Below are positions 1-9,117 of a stretch of DNA of 64,000 nt, in pieces (position 1 is the first letter of the stretch; each line of letters begins with the position of its first letter). Origin of the DNA: a virus; IMG/VR virus record IMGVR_UViG_3300032236_001583, positions 3,926 through 67,925 of that record; one strand, given 5' to 3'. The translations under genes and the position numbers were made by a program. Under the pieces are notes generated by a model, which was not told where the DNA came from, made no database searches, and saw only the letters and a program-made list of their open reading frames with translations.

Positions 1-917
1 ACTTGTAAATCACCTGAGAATTTACCCCAAATTCTACCTAAACCTTCTTTGGAATATGCGATTAGATATTTTCTAACCCAGTTCTGAGAAGGTTTATTTA
101 ATTTATCCCAAGTTAATTCTTCTGTCATTACATCGGAAGGTAATTTGATAATATCTTTGTTGTCATTCAAGCAACTATCTCTATCCATAGTATCATAGTA
201 CCAATACCATACTTGATAGTTGTTACTTTGTAAGTTAGAGAAATCGTATTTACCACCAGGTACATTGTAAAGGTGTACTAATTTCTTTCCTTCTGGACCA
301 GCAGTAATTCTATATGTAACATCTCCACCAATTAAACGGTTTTTGATATTTCTATCACCCATTCTTAATAATAAGTCAAATGCAGGAAGCATGAAATATG
401 ATCCTGATGAACCCACCTGAGCAAATCCACCCACACCACCAAATCCAACACCGCCAAGACCACCAAATCCACCCAAGAATGGGTCAACGATAGAATCGGT
501 TAAGGTTGCACGTGTAAACCATAATAACTCGTTAATTTCACGACCAGCGGGAATTTCATATACTTGTTGATTAGAATTTAATGTAAAAAAGTCCTTTTTA
601 AGCTCCCAATCACCACCAGCTTGTAAACCAACAATCTTAGAATACGCATACGTATACTGAGTTTCGTAATCTAAACTTCTAGTTGTAAACGCTCTACTTA
701 ATGATTGTGTGTCAACATCTAAACCAATTAAAGCTGACCATTGTGATTCGATTAACCAGTCATTGACATATTGTTCGTATTCAGATATTGACAATTCTAA
801 AAAAGTATCCATTTGCTCCTCTGTAAGTTCAATACCACGAACTGGCATACCTAAAAGGTGTAAAACCTGTGTAAACAGTTTATCTTTCTCCGCTTGTGAA
901 ATAATAGTACTTGACAT
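1..917 (-). CDS. Neck / head-tail adaptor protein (T4 gp13-like), runs off window start
   Basis: Not in the ORF track; translated by hand from ATG at 917: MSSTIISQAEKDKLFTQVLHLLGMPVRGIELTEEQMDTFLELSISEY...NWVRKYLIAYSKEGLGRIWGKFSGDLQ. This matches the gp13 pattern LG.P...VELT..Q and W.K.Y..A..KE..G....KF.G. A TATTTATA motif lies upstream on the minus strand (933-940). Confidence 0.8.
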   Translation of the reverse strand, partial: MSSTIISQAEKDKLFTQVLHLLGMPVRGIELTEEQMDTFLELSISEYEQYVNDWLIESQWSALIGLDVDTQSLSRAFTTRSLDYETQYTYAYSKIVGLQAGGDWELKKDFFTLNSNQQVYEIPAGREINELLWFTRATLTDSIVDPFLGGFGGLGGVGFGGVGGFAQVGSSGSYFMLPAFDLLLRMGDRNIKNRLIGGDVTYRITAGPEGKKLVHLYNVPGGKYDFSNLQSNNYQVWYWYYDTMDRDSCLNDNKDIIKLPSDVMTEELTWDKLNKPSQNWVRKYLIAYSKEGLGRIWGKFSGDLQ

Positions 918-955
918 AATTTGCTTTATTCATATAAATACTTTATATTTAAGAT

Positions 956-1150
956 ATGAATGATACTTTGATCGAACTATTGCAAATTTGCAGTTCCAAA
1001 AATTTTGAGTTCCATTTCAAGATGTCAGATGAAAAATTGAATATTTTCAACTTGGATTATGAGAACAAAATAATGAATGTAACTATAGGAGACCTAGAAA
1101 GTCCGGATTTACCCACTGTAATTGAGGATATTATTAGTCAATTAAAGTAA
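956..1150 (+). CDS. Small hypothetical protein
   Basis: 64-aa ORF filling the gap between two minus-strand genes, preceded by TTGCTT-N17-TATATT (921-949). Confidence 0.55.
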   Translation: MNDTLIELLQICSSKNFEFHFKMSDEKLNIFNLDYENKIMNVTIGDLESPDLPTVIEDIISQLK

Positions 1151-2893
1151 TTCTTTCAATAGGTCTTTACTGAATGATTCTGAATAATCTCCGTCGCCCA
1201 TAACCTGGTCAATCACATTTTTCTTCTTTTGCAAGATATTGTAAATTATCTTTTCAATAGTATTCTCAAAAATCGGGTAATAAACTAATACGCTATTTTT
1301 CTGACCATATCTATATGCACGATCTTCGCCTTGAGAATGGTCAGCAGGTACAAATGATAAGTCATTCATAATAACGACTTCGGCAGCTGTTAATGTTATA
1401 CCAACACCAGCGGCTTTAATGTTACCAATAAAAACTTTAATTTTATCTTCATTTTGGAATCTATCAACAGATTCTTGTCTTCTGTCTTTTGACATTCTAC
1501 CATCTAATACAACTGAATTTTTTTTGTATTTCTCATGAATCATATCTAATGACATCGTAAAGTTAGTTAAAACAATTACTTTTTTACCCTGTTCTATACA
1601 CCTATCAATTAACTCACATGTATATGGAATTTTTTCATAGGCAATTAATTGTCTAATTTTCATTAAACGATTCAAAGTAACTGTTAATGTTTCTTCTTCT
1701 TTTTTGTCATTACTTATGCGAGTAAAATCATCTAATTCTTCTTCATACATTTTAGAATTTAACTCAATAAAAATAGGAGTTACAATTTTTTCTGGTAAAT
1801 CTAGAATGTCTGTTTTCATTCGTCTAAGAACAATGTTTTTAGTCCTTTCTCTTAATTCATCTAAATTACTTGCACCACTTGTATTCCATACTTTCCTATT
1901 ACCAACCTTAAATTGAAATCCTTTACAATAACGTCTAACATATGTTTGCCAATTAAGTGTTAAAGGTGATTCAACAATTTTCAATAAGTTGAAATAATTT
2001 ATTGGTCTAGATGTCATAGGTGTTCCAGTTAATAACCATACTTTAGGTATCTGTTCTAAAACATCATTTAATAATCTAGTTCTTTGTGCTGTATTGTTAG
2101 AAATATAGTGAGCTTCATCAACAATAGCCAACTCAAATCCAGCATTAACTAATAATTTGTAATCGTCACTATCTTCACTTTTATCAGTTGAATGATAATT
2201 TTTAATAATATCATAATTGATAATGTAAAAATCAAATGTTGATCCCCATTTACGGCCTTCAACAATTAAAACTTTACGATCTGAGTAGTTTTTAATTTCT
2301 CTTTCCCAGTTTATTTTTAGAGATGCTGGGCATACAATTAAAACCTTTTTGGCTTTGCTTTCTAATGCTGCAATTACAGCTGATGTTGTTTTACCTAACC
2401 CCATGTCATCAGCTAAAATAAATTTGTCATTTGCTAATAGTTTTTCAATTGCAATTTTTTGATGATCCATAGGTGGTCTAGTAGAGTATACAGAATAATC
2501 AATTTCTCTATTTAATTTCTTTTCTGGTTGAACTACAGCTGCTTTAGGTAACCACATAGCATGTAATGGTTCTGTATCGATAATTTTACCCCATATGTGA
2601 AATGCTTTGTCACTTTCACATAATAATTTTTCACACCATATTTTTTCTGGTGCAATTGGTAATAATTTTTCTTCTTGTATTTTTTCACCAAATGTGCTAA
2701 CAATTTCAATATATTTTCTAGCAACCTTAGGGTTGATATCTTTATATTTTATAACATATTCAGCTTGTGGTCTAGTTAACTTGAAATTTTTAATATCCCT
2801 AAACTTTCTCTTGTATTCCAATAATTGATTATTTGAGCCTTCATAAGACTCTAATATCTCTTTTGCTACTATTTCTGGTATTTTGGTTTCCAT
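1142..2893 (-). CDS. SNF2-family (SMARCAL1/HARP-like) ATP-dependent helicase
   Basis: Motifs LADDMGLGKT, VCPASLKINW, IVDEAH, LTGTP, AAGVGITLT, QGEDRAYRYGQ. The start is probably METKIP at 2893 rather than 2920 because a promoter-like motif lies at 2905-2933. Confidence 0.92.
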   Translation of the reverse strand: METKIPEIVAKEILESYEGSNNQLLEYKRKFRDIKNFKLTRPQAEYVIKYKDINPKVARKYIEIVSTFGEKIQEEKLLPIAPEKIWCEKLLCESDKAFHIWGKIIDTEPLHAMWLPKAAVVQPEKKLNREIDYSVYSTRPPMDHQKIAIEKLLANDKFILADDMGLGKTTSAVIAALESKAKKVLIVCPASLKINWEREIKNYSDRKVLIVEGRKWGSTFDFYIINYDIIKNYHSTDKSEDSDDYKLLVNAGFELAIVDEAHYISNNTAQRTRLLNDVLEQIPKVWLLTGTPMTSRPINYFNLLKIVESPLTLNWQTYVRRYCKGFQFKVGNRKVWNTSGASNLDELRERTKNIVLRRMKTDILDLPEKIVTPIFIELNSKMYEEELDDFTRISNDKKEEETLTVTLNRLMKIRQLIAYEKIPYTCELIDRCIEQGKKVIVLTNFTMSLDMIHEKYKKNSVVLDGRMSKDRRQESVDRFQNEDKIKVFIGNIKAAGVGITLTAAEVVIMNDLSFVPADHSQGEDRAYRYGQKNSVLVYYPIFENTIEKIIYNILQKKKNVIDQVMGDGDYSESFSKDLLKELL

Positions 2894-2904
2894 ATTCTTA
2901 TAAT

Positions 2905-2933
2905 AATATAAGTAATTCATTTATAAGATTAAA
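2905..2933 (-). promoter_or_regulatory. sigma70-like promoter TTTAAT-N17-TATATT for the helicase gene
   Basis: Read directly on the minus strand; same architecture as sites at 921, 8333 and 57639. Confidence 0.5.
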
Positions 2934-2946
2934 CTATTTATTGAGT

Positions 2947-3459
2947 ATGGATAATAAATTACCAATTAGGCGTCTTTCTAAATTTTTTGGTCAAGATGAT
3001 TTTGACCTTAATATCCAAATGGGGGAAGAATATCTTCATGGGGATTTAGGGATGAAATTAGTTTTATATCGAGTAGATAGAAATAAAACTGATATTGACG
3101 ACGTGTATGCTGAGGTGGGTACAGATGATATTAAGTATTTTCCACCAGTTGAGTTTTATGGTTTAGTTAAAATAGAAGCACCTAAAAACAGTTCATATAA
3201 AAGCGGGTTATTACACTATAATGAACCAGGTAATCTTAATGTTTCAGTTTACACTAAGCATTTGGCGGAATTGAACATTGATATAATATATGGTGATTAT
3301 ATTGGTTATCCAGAATCAGAAACAAGGGTTAGATTTTACACAGTAGTTAATGACGGTAAGGTAATTTCTGATAATAAACACAACATGTTTGGTTATAAGC
3401 CTTTTTACAGGAGTATAATCTGTTCACCAGCACAAGACGTAACATTTAGAGGAGTATAA
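2947..3459 (+). CDS. Neck / head-closure protein (T4 gp14-like)
   Basis: Lies between the gp13-like and tail-terminator-like genes; predicted beta-rich with D.VY.E...KY.PP.E and GDYI.Y patterns. Start reassigned to ATG 2947, 12 nt after the start of TATTTATT. Confidence 0.6.
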   Translation: MDNKLPIRRLSKFFGQDDFDLNIQMGEEYLHGDLGMKLVLYRVDRNKTDIDDVYAEVGTDDIKYFPPVEFYGLVKIEAPKNSSYKSGLLHYNEPGNLNVSVYTKHLAELNIDIIYGDYIGYPESETRVRFYTVVNDGKVISDNKHNMFGYKPFYRSIICSPAQDVTFRGV

Positions 3460-3460
3460 T

Positions 3461-4720
3461 ATGGGAATACCTAAAAAAAGAAAAACTAATATCCAGATTT
3501 ACAAAGGAACTGAACTGACTCAGAGAAGACAGGAGTTATTGGATATGGTTACAAAATCAGATACAAATTTACCAGATTCAATATTGCACGATGATTTGGA
3601 TAAGGGATTCTTGGATTATATTGTAAAGAATTTTAGAATTACGTCAGATGGTAAAGAAATACCGGTAATTGAAAAGATACTAACAATCCAAAGATGGGGT
3701 GAATTTACTAATAACTGGACTTTTTCAGATCAGGATAGTAATATGTCACTTCCATTTATCGCTATAATTAGAAAACCTGAAGTTCAATTTGGTTCACATC
3801 CAGGGGCACAAAGAACGATACCAGATAGAGCACAGCTTTATTATGCATCAGTACCAACTTGGAACGGTACACAAATGGGTGCAGATATCTATACTATACC
3901 TCAGCCTATCCCAATTGATATTAACTTTACGGTTACTATTGTATGTACGAAGTTTAGAGACTTAAACAAATTCAATAGAAAGGTTATGGAACATTTTGCT
4001 TCCAGACAAGATTATGCTATTATTAAAGGTCATTATATTCCATTAATTTTAGATACAATAGACGACTCAAGCCCTATTGATACAATTGAAGGTAGAAGAT
4101 TTTACATCCAAAATTATAACTTTACTATGATGGGTTATTTGATGGATAGTGAGGAATTTGAGGTTAAACCAGCTATTAGTAGATTATTCACTGTTTATGA
4201 ATTCTTGAAAGGTGATAAAAAAATAACTAAGAAGTTTGTTAATAAAAATGTTAATGTAACTGTAGCAACTTTTGTTGCCGATGGTACTCAAACAGTTTTT
4301 AGTGTTGGTGAAAGTATTGGTACTTTGTTTAATGTGTCAGTAAATGGTATTATTCAGATTATTGATCAGAACTATATTCATATCCCATACACATCTAAAA
4401 TTGAATTCATACAAACGCCAGGTGAGCCAACATTCCCATTACAAGGTGATGTAATTAGAATCACATATTATAAAGGAAGAAATAGTGTAATATTGGATAA
4501 TACTGGTAAGTTATTAATGGACGCAAACGAGATATTCACATATACAGGTGGGCCAGCGGTTTTTACAACTCAAAGTGCAATCAATAGCATTGTAAGTTTG
4601 GATGTGAACGGTCTTGTTGAAGATGAGGGAAGAGGTTATCATATAACTGGTAATCAAGAAATTACATTATTAGGTACCCCAGTTCCGGGTTCTAAAATTG
4701 GTGTGACTTACTTATATTAA
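3461..4720 (+). CDS. Tail terminator / sheath stabiliser (gp15-like) with two C-terminal beta-sandwich repeats
   Basis: LPFIAIIR and PQPIPIDINFTVTI patterns typical of tail-completion proteins; lies just upstream of the sheath gene; two internal repeats F...G....F...V.VNG......Y.....I.F/L...P..G..I.ITY. Confidence 0.6.
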   Translation: MGIPKKRKTNIQIYKGTELTQRRQELLDMVTKSDTNLPDSILHDDLDKGFLDYIVKNFRITSDGKEIPVIEKILTIQRWGEFTNNWTFSDQDSNMSLPFIAIIRKPEVQFGSHPGAQRTIPDRAQLYYASVPTWNGTQMGADIYTIPQPIPIDINFTVTIVCTKFRDLNKFNRKVMEHFASRQDYAIIKGHYIPLILDTIDDSSPIDTIEGRRFYIQNYNFTMMGYLMDSEEFEVKPAISRLFTVYEFLKGDKKITKKFVNKNVNVTVATFVADGTQTVFSVGESIGTLFNVSVNGIIQIIDQNYIHIPYTSKIEFIQTPGEPTFPLQGDVIRITYYKGRNSVILDNTGKLLMDANEIFTYTGGPAVFTTQSAINSIVSLDVNGLVEDEGRGYHITGNQEITLLGTPVPGSKIGVTYLY

Positions 4721-4884
4721 TCATCTCCGTAGATATCTTTTTTTGTTTTACAGAATTCGTCTATCCATTTTTCAAGGACTTTATACATTTTCATCCCATT
4801 CTTATCACAATAATTTTTTAGTGAATCGTGATGTTTTTTACTGATTTTAACGTTTTTCTTGTCCTTTTCTTCATTAGTTGTCAT
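4717..4884 (-). CDS. Ribbon-helix-helix-like small DNA-binding protein
   Basis: MTTNEEKDKKNVKISKKHHDSLKNYCDKNGMKMYKVLEKWIDEFC shows a strand-helix-G-helix pattern of the CopG/Arc type; start at ATG 4884. Confidence 0.6.
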   Translation of the reverse strand: MTTNEEKDKKNVKISKKHHDSLKNYCDKNGMKMYKVLEKWIDEFCKTKKDIYGDD

Positions 4885-4954
4885 ATAAAGATACTTTAAG
4901 ATAAATAAGGATCTTTTTTGGTAAAAGTCCCGAAATCTTTGCCACAATCAAAGA

Positions 4955-4962
4955 TATTTATA
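4955..4962 (+). promoter_or_regulatory. Late-promoter-like motif TATTTATA upstream of tail sheath
   Basis: The same octamer precedes most structural genes (7736, 9253, 11325, 22378, 31030, 33369, 40879, 50427, 51411, 52038, 56070; minus strand 933-940). Confidence 0.7.
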
Positions 4963-4998
4963 GAAATAAAATAAAAATATTTAACCAAACATTTATCA

Positions 4999-7461
4999 AT
5001 GGCAAGTAACAACAGAGTTTTCGTATCTCCAGGGGTTTATACTTCAGAGGTCGATTTAACGTTCGTAGCGCAAAGTGTAGGTGTAACTACGCTTGGTTTA
5101 GCAGGTGAGACACTAAAAGGTCCTGCATTCGAACCAGTTTTAATTTCAAGCTTTGACCAGTTTAAGACATATTTTGGAACAACATCACCAGAGAAATTTG
5201 GTAATGGTTATCCAAAGTATGAATTACCTTATGTGGCAAAGTCTTATTTACAAGAATCAAATCAATTATTCGTAACTAGAGTTTTAGGATTAACAGGGTA
5301 TAACGCAGGGAAATCTTGGGGTATTGTTACTTCAAGTACAAATCCTGATTATGATGGAATTGCTGTAGCTGTAATTAGATCAAGAGGTCATTATAGCGGA
5401 CAAACATTAGTTTTTGAGGTAACAGCTAATACAGGTGTTACATTTTCAGATGTTAGTGGTGTAACAACAAATCCATTAGCTTTATTTAATATTCATGTTA
5501 AAAATGCAACAGGTTCAACTTTTGATTTCCAAGCATCTTTAGACCAATCAAATACGCAATATATTACAAATGTATTGGGTGTTAGCAATACTGACAAGGA
5601 CAAAGGTTCAGTACCAGTATATGTTCATGAAGTATATCCAAACCTAGTTTTAGATTTATTTTCACATGGTTTAATTCAAGGTTTAAGTTTAACATCAGCA
5701 GTAAATGCTGAGGCAGATAACTTCTTGAAAGAATACGACACACCAATGTCACCAACTATCGTTTCTGAAGTTCGAGGTGGTAATGTTGACGATTTATTTG
5801 ATATTATTACAGTTTCTGATGGTGATGCAGCAAACCAATTAATTAAAGTTACCTTTATGAATATTAATATTGATACTGGTGAATTTGATATTTTAGTTCG
5901 TGATTTCAATGATACGGATGACAATATGGTTGTATTAGAGAAATTCAGTAGATGTTCTATGAATCCAGATGTTGCGGGTTATGTGGCAGCTAAAATTGGT
6001 ACATCAGATGGTGAATACGCATTAAATTCTAGTTATATCATGTTAAACATGGCTGATAATGCGCCAGTAAATGCATTCCCAGCAGGATTTAAAGGATTCC
6101 CAATAAACAATAATTTTGGTGGAAAAACAGCTGGTGGTGTATTATACAAAACAAGTTACTTAAATTCAGGTGATATTGCTTATACTGGATCAACTGGTAC
6201 TCCAGTAATATCAAATGGTGATAGATACAAAAAAGTAAGTTTAGGTTTATCAAGCCAATATTCATATAGCTTTGACGCTGATTTATTCAAGTTTAAGGGT
6301 AAAAATGTTGTAGGTGCAACTAAAGGTTTCCATTTATCAACAAATGCTGATACTGACATATTTGATGTTACACCATATGATTTAGAGGGTCAAACTGAAA
6401 CATCAGATGGCCAAAACAAATTGAAAGATCAAAACTATCGTAAATTTACTTTAGCAGTAGCTGGTGGATTTGATGGTTGGGATATCTACAGAAGTGGTAG
6501 AACTAATTCTGATCAATTTATCTTTGGTAAATCAACATACATAACTGGTAGTACAACACATGGTGGTGTATTCAGTACAACTGTTGGTAATTCAGATTAC
6601 TATGCTTATTTACAAGCAATTGAAACATATCAAAACCCAGAAGCGGTTGATATTAACGTATTTGCAACTCCAGGTATTGATTGGTATAACCACAATTCTT
6701 TAACTACTCAAGCAATTGATATTATTGAAAATGATAGAGCTGATTCAATTTACATCATGAACTCTCCAGGTCCAGTAGATTTTTCAGGAACAACAGCAGC
6801 AACAGAAATTGCTGATCAATTGGATACTTTAGGTTATGATAGTAACTATTCAGCTACATATTGGCCTTGGATTCAGGTTAGAGATACTGACAATGCAACA
6901 CAAATCTATCTTCCACCAACAGGTGAAGTAGTTAGAAATATTGCTTTAACAGACAATGTTTCTTATCCTTGGTTTGCAGTTGCGGGTTATAGTAGAGGTA
7001 TTGTTAATTCAATTAAAGCAGCTAAAAAGCTTACTCTTGACGAAAGAGATGAATTATACAAATATAGAATTAACCCAATTGCTACATTCTCAGATACTGG
7101 TACCATTATTTGGGGTAACAAAACTTTACAAGTTAGAGAATCAGCTTTGGATAGAATTAACGTAAGAAGATTATTGTTAAGAGCTAGAAAATTAATTTCA
7201 GCTGTAGCTGTTAGATTATTATTCGAACAAAATGATGATCAAGTAAGACAAGAATTCTTAAGATTAGTTAATCCTATATTAGATTCAATTAAAAAAGAAA
7301 GAGGTTTATATGACTTCCGTGTAAGTGTATCAAATGCACCTGAAGATATAGATGCAAACACACTTAGAGGTAAAATTTATGTAAAACCTACTAGATCATT
7401 AGAATTTATTGATTTAGAATTCGTAATAACTCCAACAGGAGCATCATTCGAAAATATATAA
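4999..7461 (+). CDS. Contractile tail sheath protein
   Basis: N-terminal FVSPGVYTSEVD...GPAFEP; C-terminal YWPW, PWFAVAGYSRG, INPI, IWGNKTLQ, LDRINVRRL, LLFEQND, KPTRSLEFI. Confidence 0.97.
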   Translation: MASNNRVFVSPGVYTSEVDLTFVAQSVGVTTLGLAGETLKGPAFEPVLISSFDQFKTYFGTTSPEKFGNGYPKYELPYVAKSYLQESNQLFVTRVLGLTGYNAGKSWGIVTSSTNPDYDGIAVAVIRSRGHYSGQTLVFEVTANTGVTFSDVSGVTTNPLALFNIHVKNATGSTFDFQASLDQSNTQYITNVLGVSNTDKDKGSVPVYVHEVYPNLVLDLFSHGLIQGLSLTSAVNAEADNFLKEYDTPMSPTIVSEVRGGNVDDLFDIITVSDGDAANQLIKVTFMNINIDTGEFDILVRDFNDTDDNMVVLEKFSRCSMNPDVAGYVAAKIGTSDGEYALNSSYIMLNMADNAPVNAFPAGFKGFPINNNFGGKTAGGVLYKTSYLNSGDIAYTGSTGTPVISNGDRYKKVSLGLSSQYSYSFDADLFKFKGKNVVGATKGFHLSTNADTDIFDVTPYDLEGQTETSDGQNKLKDQNYRKFTLAVAGGFDGWDIYRSGRTNSDQFIFGKSTYITGSTTHGGVFSTTVGNSDYYAYLQAIETYQNPEAVDINVFATPGIDWYNHNSLTTQAIDIIENDRADSIYIMNSPGPVDFSGTTAATEIADQLDTLGYDSNYSATYWPWIQVRDTDNATQIYLPPTGEVVRNIALTDNVSYPWFAVAGYSRGIVNSIKAAKKLTLDERDELYKYRINPIATFSDTGTIIWGNKTLQVRESALDRINVRRLLLRARKLISAVAVRLLFEQNDDQVRQEFLRLVNPILDSIKKERGLYDFRVSVSNAPEDIDANTLRGKIYVKPTRSLEFIDLEFVITPTGASFENI

Positions 7462-7468
7462 TAAACAG

Positions 7469-7493
7469 AAAGGGGTCGAAAGACCCCTTTTTT
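7469..7493 (+). terminator. Rho-independent terminator, possibly bidirectional
   Basis: AAAGGGGTC-GAAA-GACCCCTTT followed by a T run directly after the sheath stop codon. Confidence 0.9.
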
Positions 7494-7502
7494 ATTGGAC
7501 AT

Positions 7503-7518
7503 AGTTCCATGTAGAACA
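7503..7518. promoter_or_regulatory. parS-like imperfect palindrome AGTTCCATGTAGAACA
   Basis: 13/16 match to the parS palindrome TGTTCCACGTGGAACA; intergenic, at the edge of a very AT-rich tract. Confidence 0.4.
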
Positions 7519-7519
7519 T

Positions 7520-7700
7520 CTTATAAAACTTATAAATTTATTACTATTATACTATTTCTATTATTATTCTATATCTATATTAGTAGTTTTTAGTATTTAT
7601 TTATTATTCTTTATTTATATTTTAATTATTATTGATCAGTTTATATTATTATTAATTTGTACATTCAAAAAATACGAAATTTTTTTGACAAAATCAAGTA
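7520..7700. other. AT-rich, T-skewed non-coding tract with a leftward promoter-like site; candidate replication origin
   Basis: Longest intergenic region in the window, almost all A/T; minus-strand TTGATT(7697-7692)-N17-TATTTT(7674-7669) points into it. Confidence 0.4.
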
Positions 7701-7778
7701 CTTCCAATAAAAAAAAATATTTTCCAATACTGATATATTTATAAGAAGTAAAATAACTAAAAACTTAACAAATACAAA

Positions 7779-8267
7779 ATGGCAGATTTACTAATGAAAA
7801 TGCCGGTTCCTTTTGAACCAAAAAGACAAAACCGATTTATCTTAAGATTCCCTTCTTCAATGGGTATAAACGAATGGTATGTGGCTTCAACTGCTAGACC
7901 TTCTGCTAAAATTAATTCAGTAGCAATTCCTTTCTTGAATACTTCAACATATGTGGCTGGTAGATTCGAATGGCAGGAAATGAGAGTTACTTTTAGAGAT
8001 CCAATCGGTCCTTCAGCTTCTCAAGCTTTAATGGAATGGTTCCGTTTACATGCTGAATCAGTAACAGGTCGTATGGGATACGCTGCAGGTTATAAAAAAG
8101 ATATCGAATTAGATATGCTAGACCCAACAGGTGTTGTTGTTGAAAAATGGAGCATTGTTGGTGCATTTTTAACAGATCTTAACTTCAATGAATTAGATTA
8201 TTCAAGAGATGATATCGCAACTATCACATGTTCTTTGAGAATGGATAGATGTATCCAAATATACTAA
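7779..8267 (+). CDS. Tail tube protein (T4 gp19-like)
   Basis: Follows the sheath gene; EPKRQNRF, YVAGRFEWQEMRVTFRDPI, LMEWFR, GYKKDIELDMLDPTGVVVEKW, LDYS motifs. Confidence 0.93.
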   Translation: MADLLMKMPVPFEPKRQNRFILRFPSSMGINEWYVASTARPSAKINSVAIPFLNTSTYVAGRFEWQEMRVTFRDPIGPSASQALMEWFRLHAESVTGRMGYAAGYKKDIELDMLDPTGVVVEKWSIVGAFLTDLNFNELDYSRDDIATITCSLRMDRCIQIY

Positions 8268-8289
8268 TATTATATTTTTTTCATATACG

Positions 8290-8321
8290 AACCGATGTTT
8301 AGAAATAGACATCGGTTTTTT
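8290..8321 (+). terminator. Rho-independent terminator
   Basis: AACCGATGTTT-AGAAAT-AGACATCGGTT followed by a T run after the tube gene. Confidence 0.88.
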
Positions 8322-8332
8322 CTTTTTAAATC

Positions 8333-8361
8333 TTTACTTTATTGTAGTTATAGTGTAAACT
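8333..8361 (+). promoter_or_regulatory. sigma70-like promoter TTTACT-N17-TAAACT ending 6 nt before ATG 8368
   Basis: Near-identical layout to the site at 57639-57667; both end in TTATATTATG. Confidence 0.5.
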
Positions 8362-8367
8362 TATATT

Positions 8368-9117
8368 ATGGAAAATTACATGGTCAACCCAACAATAGCT
8401 TATGATGTAGTAGAATTACCAAGTAGAGGAATATACTATGACAATAAGAAGAAATCGGTAAAAGTATCTTACTTAACTGCTTCAGATGAGAACATATTAT
8501 CATCACCAAATTTATTACAAACAAATACAGTAATTGAAGAATTACTTAAAAGAAAGGTTTTAGATAAAGACTTCAATGTTGATGAATTGGTTGAAGAAGA
8601 TAGACAAGCGGTTTTAATTTTCTTAAGGAATACTGCATTTGGTTCAACATACAAAATTACAGCAACTGACCCTAAAACTGATTTACCATTTGAGTTTGAA
8701 TATGATTTAACAAACTTGAAAACTAAAGATTTTACATTAATTGAAGATGTTAATGGTGAATATTCATATAGAATGCCAAAGTCTCAGGTGGATGTTACCT
8801 TCAAGTTTTTGACTAAAAAACAAGAAGATGAGTTAAAGAAAATAGAAACAAGTTGGAATGGTATTGGTGTTGCGCCAATTAAAACAAAAGAGCTTGAATT
8901 TATGATTAGAACTGTTCAAGGTAATAAAGACCCACTTAATATTAAAAATTTTGTGGAAAACTTACCTATTACAGATTCTCAAAACTTTAGAAAATACGTT
9001 TCAGACAATAAACCAGGAATTGATCTAACAGCAAATGTAACAACCCCATCAGGAGAAGATATCCAATTAGTAATAGGATTTGGGGTAGAATTTTTTCGCC
9101 CTTTCTACTCAATATAG
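8368..9117 (+). CDS. Baseplate hub / tail assembly chaperone (T4 gp26-like)
   Basis: VELPSRG.YY, V.YLTA.DE.IL, L...DR.A.LIFLR..AFG..Y, LPKS...V.FKFLT, C-terminal FGVEFFRP; lies between tube and tape measure genes. Confidence 0.75.
   Translation: MENYMVNPTIAYDVVELPSRGIYYDNKKKSVKVSYLTASDENILSSPNLLQTNTVIEELLKRKVLDKDFNVDELVEEDRQAVLIFLRNTAFGSTYKITATDPKTDLPFEFEYDLTNLKTKDFTLIEDVNGEYSYRMPKSQVDVTFKFLTKKQEDELKKIETSWNGIGVAPIKTKELEFMIRTVQGNKDPLNIKNFVENLPITDSQNFRKYVSDNKPGIDLTANVTTPSGEDIQLVIGFGVEFFRPFYSI

Noticed and set aside
709-963. 84-aa plus-strand ORF and other short ORFs nested in long genes
   Set aside because: Antisense or out-of-frame shadows of well-supported genes (here the gp13-like gene), with no recognisable motifs.
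2833-2946. Hydrophobic signal-peptide-like N-terminus of ORF 2833..3459
   Set aside because: It overlaps the helicase gene on the opposite strand; the real start is most likely ATG 2947, 12 nt after the late motif.
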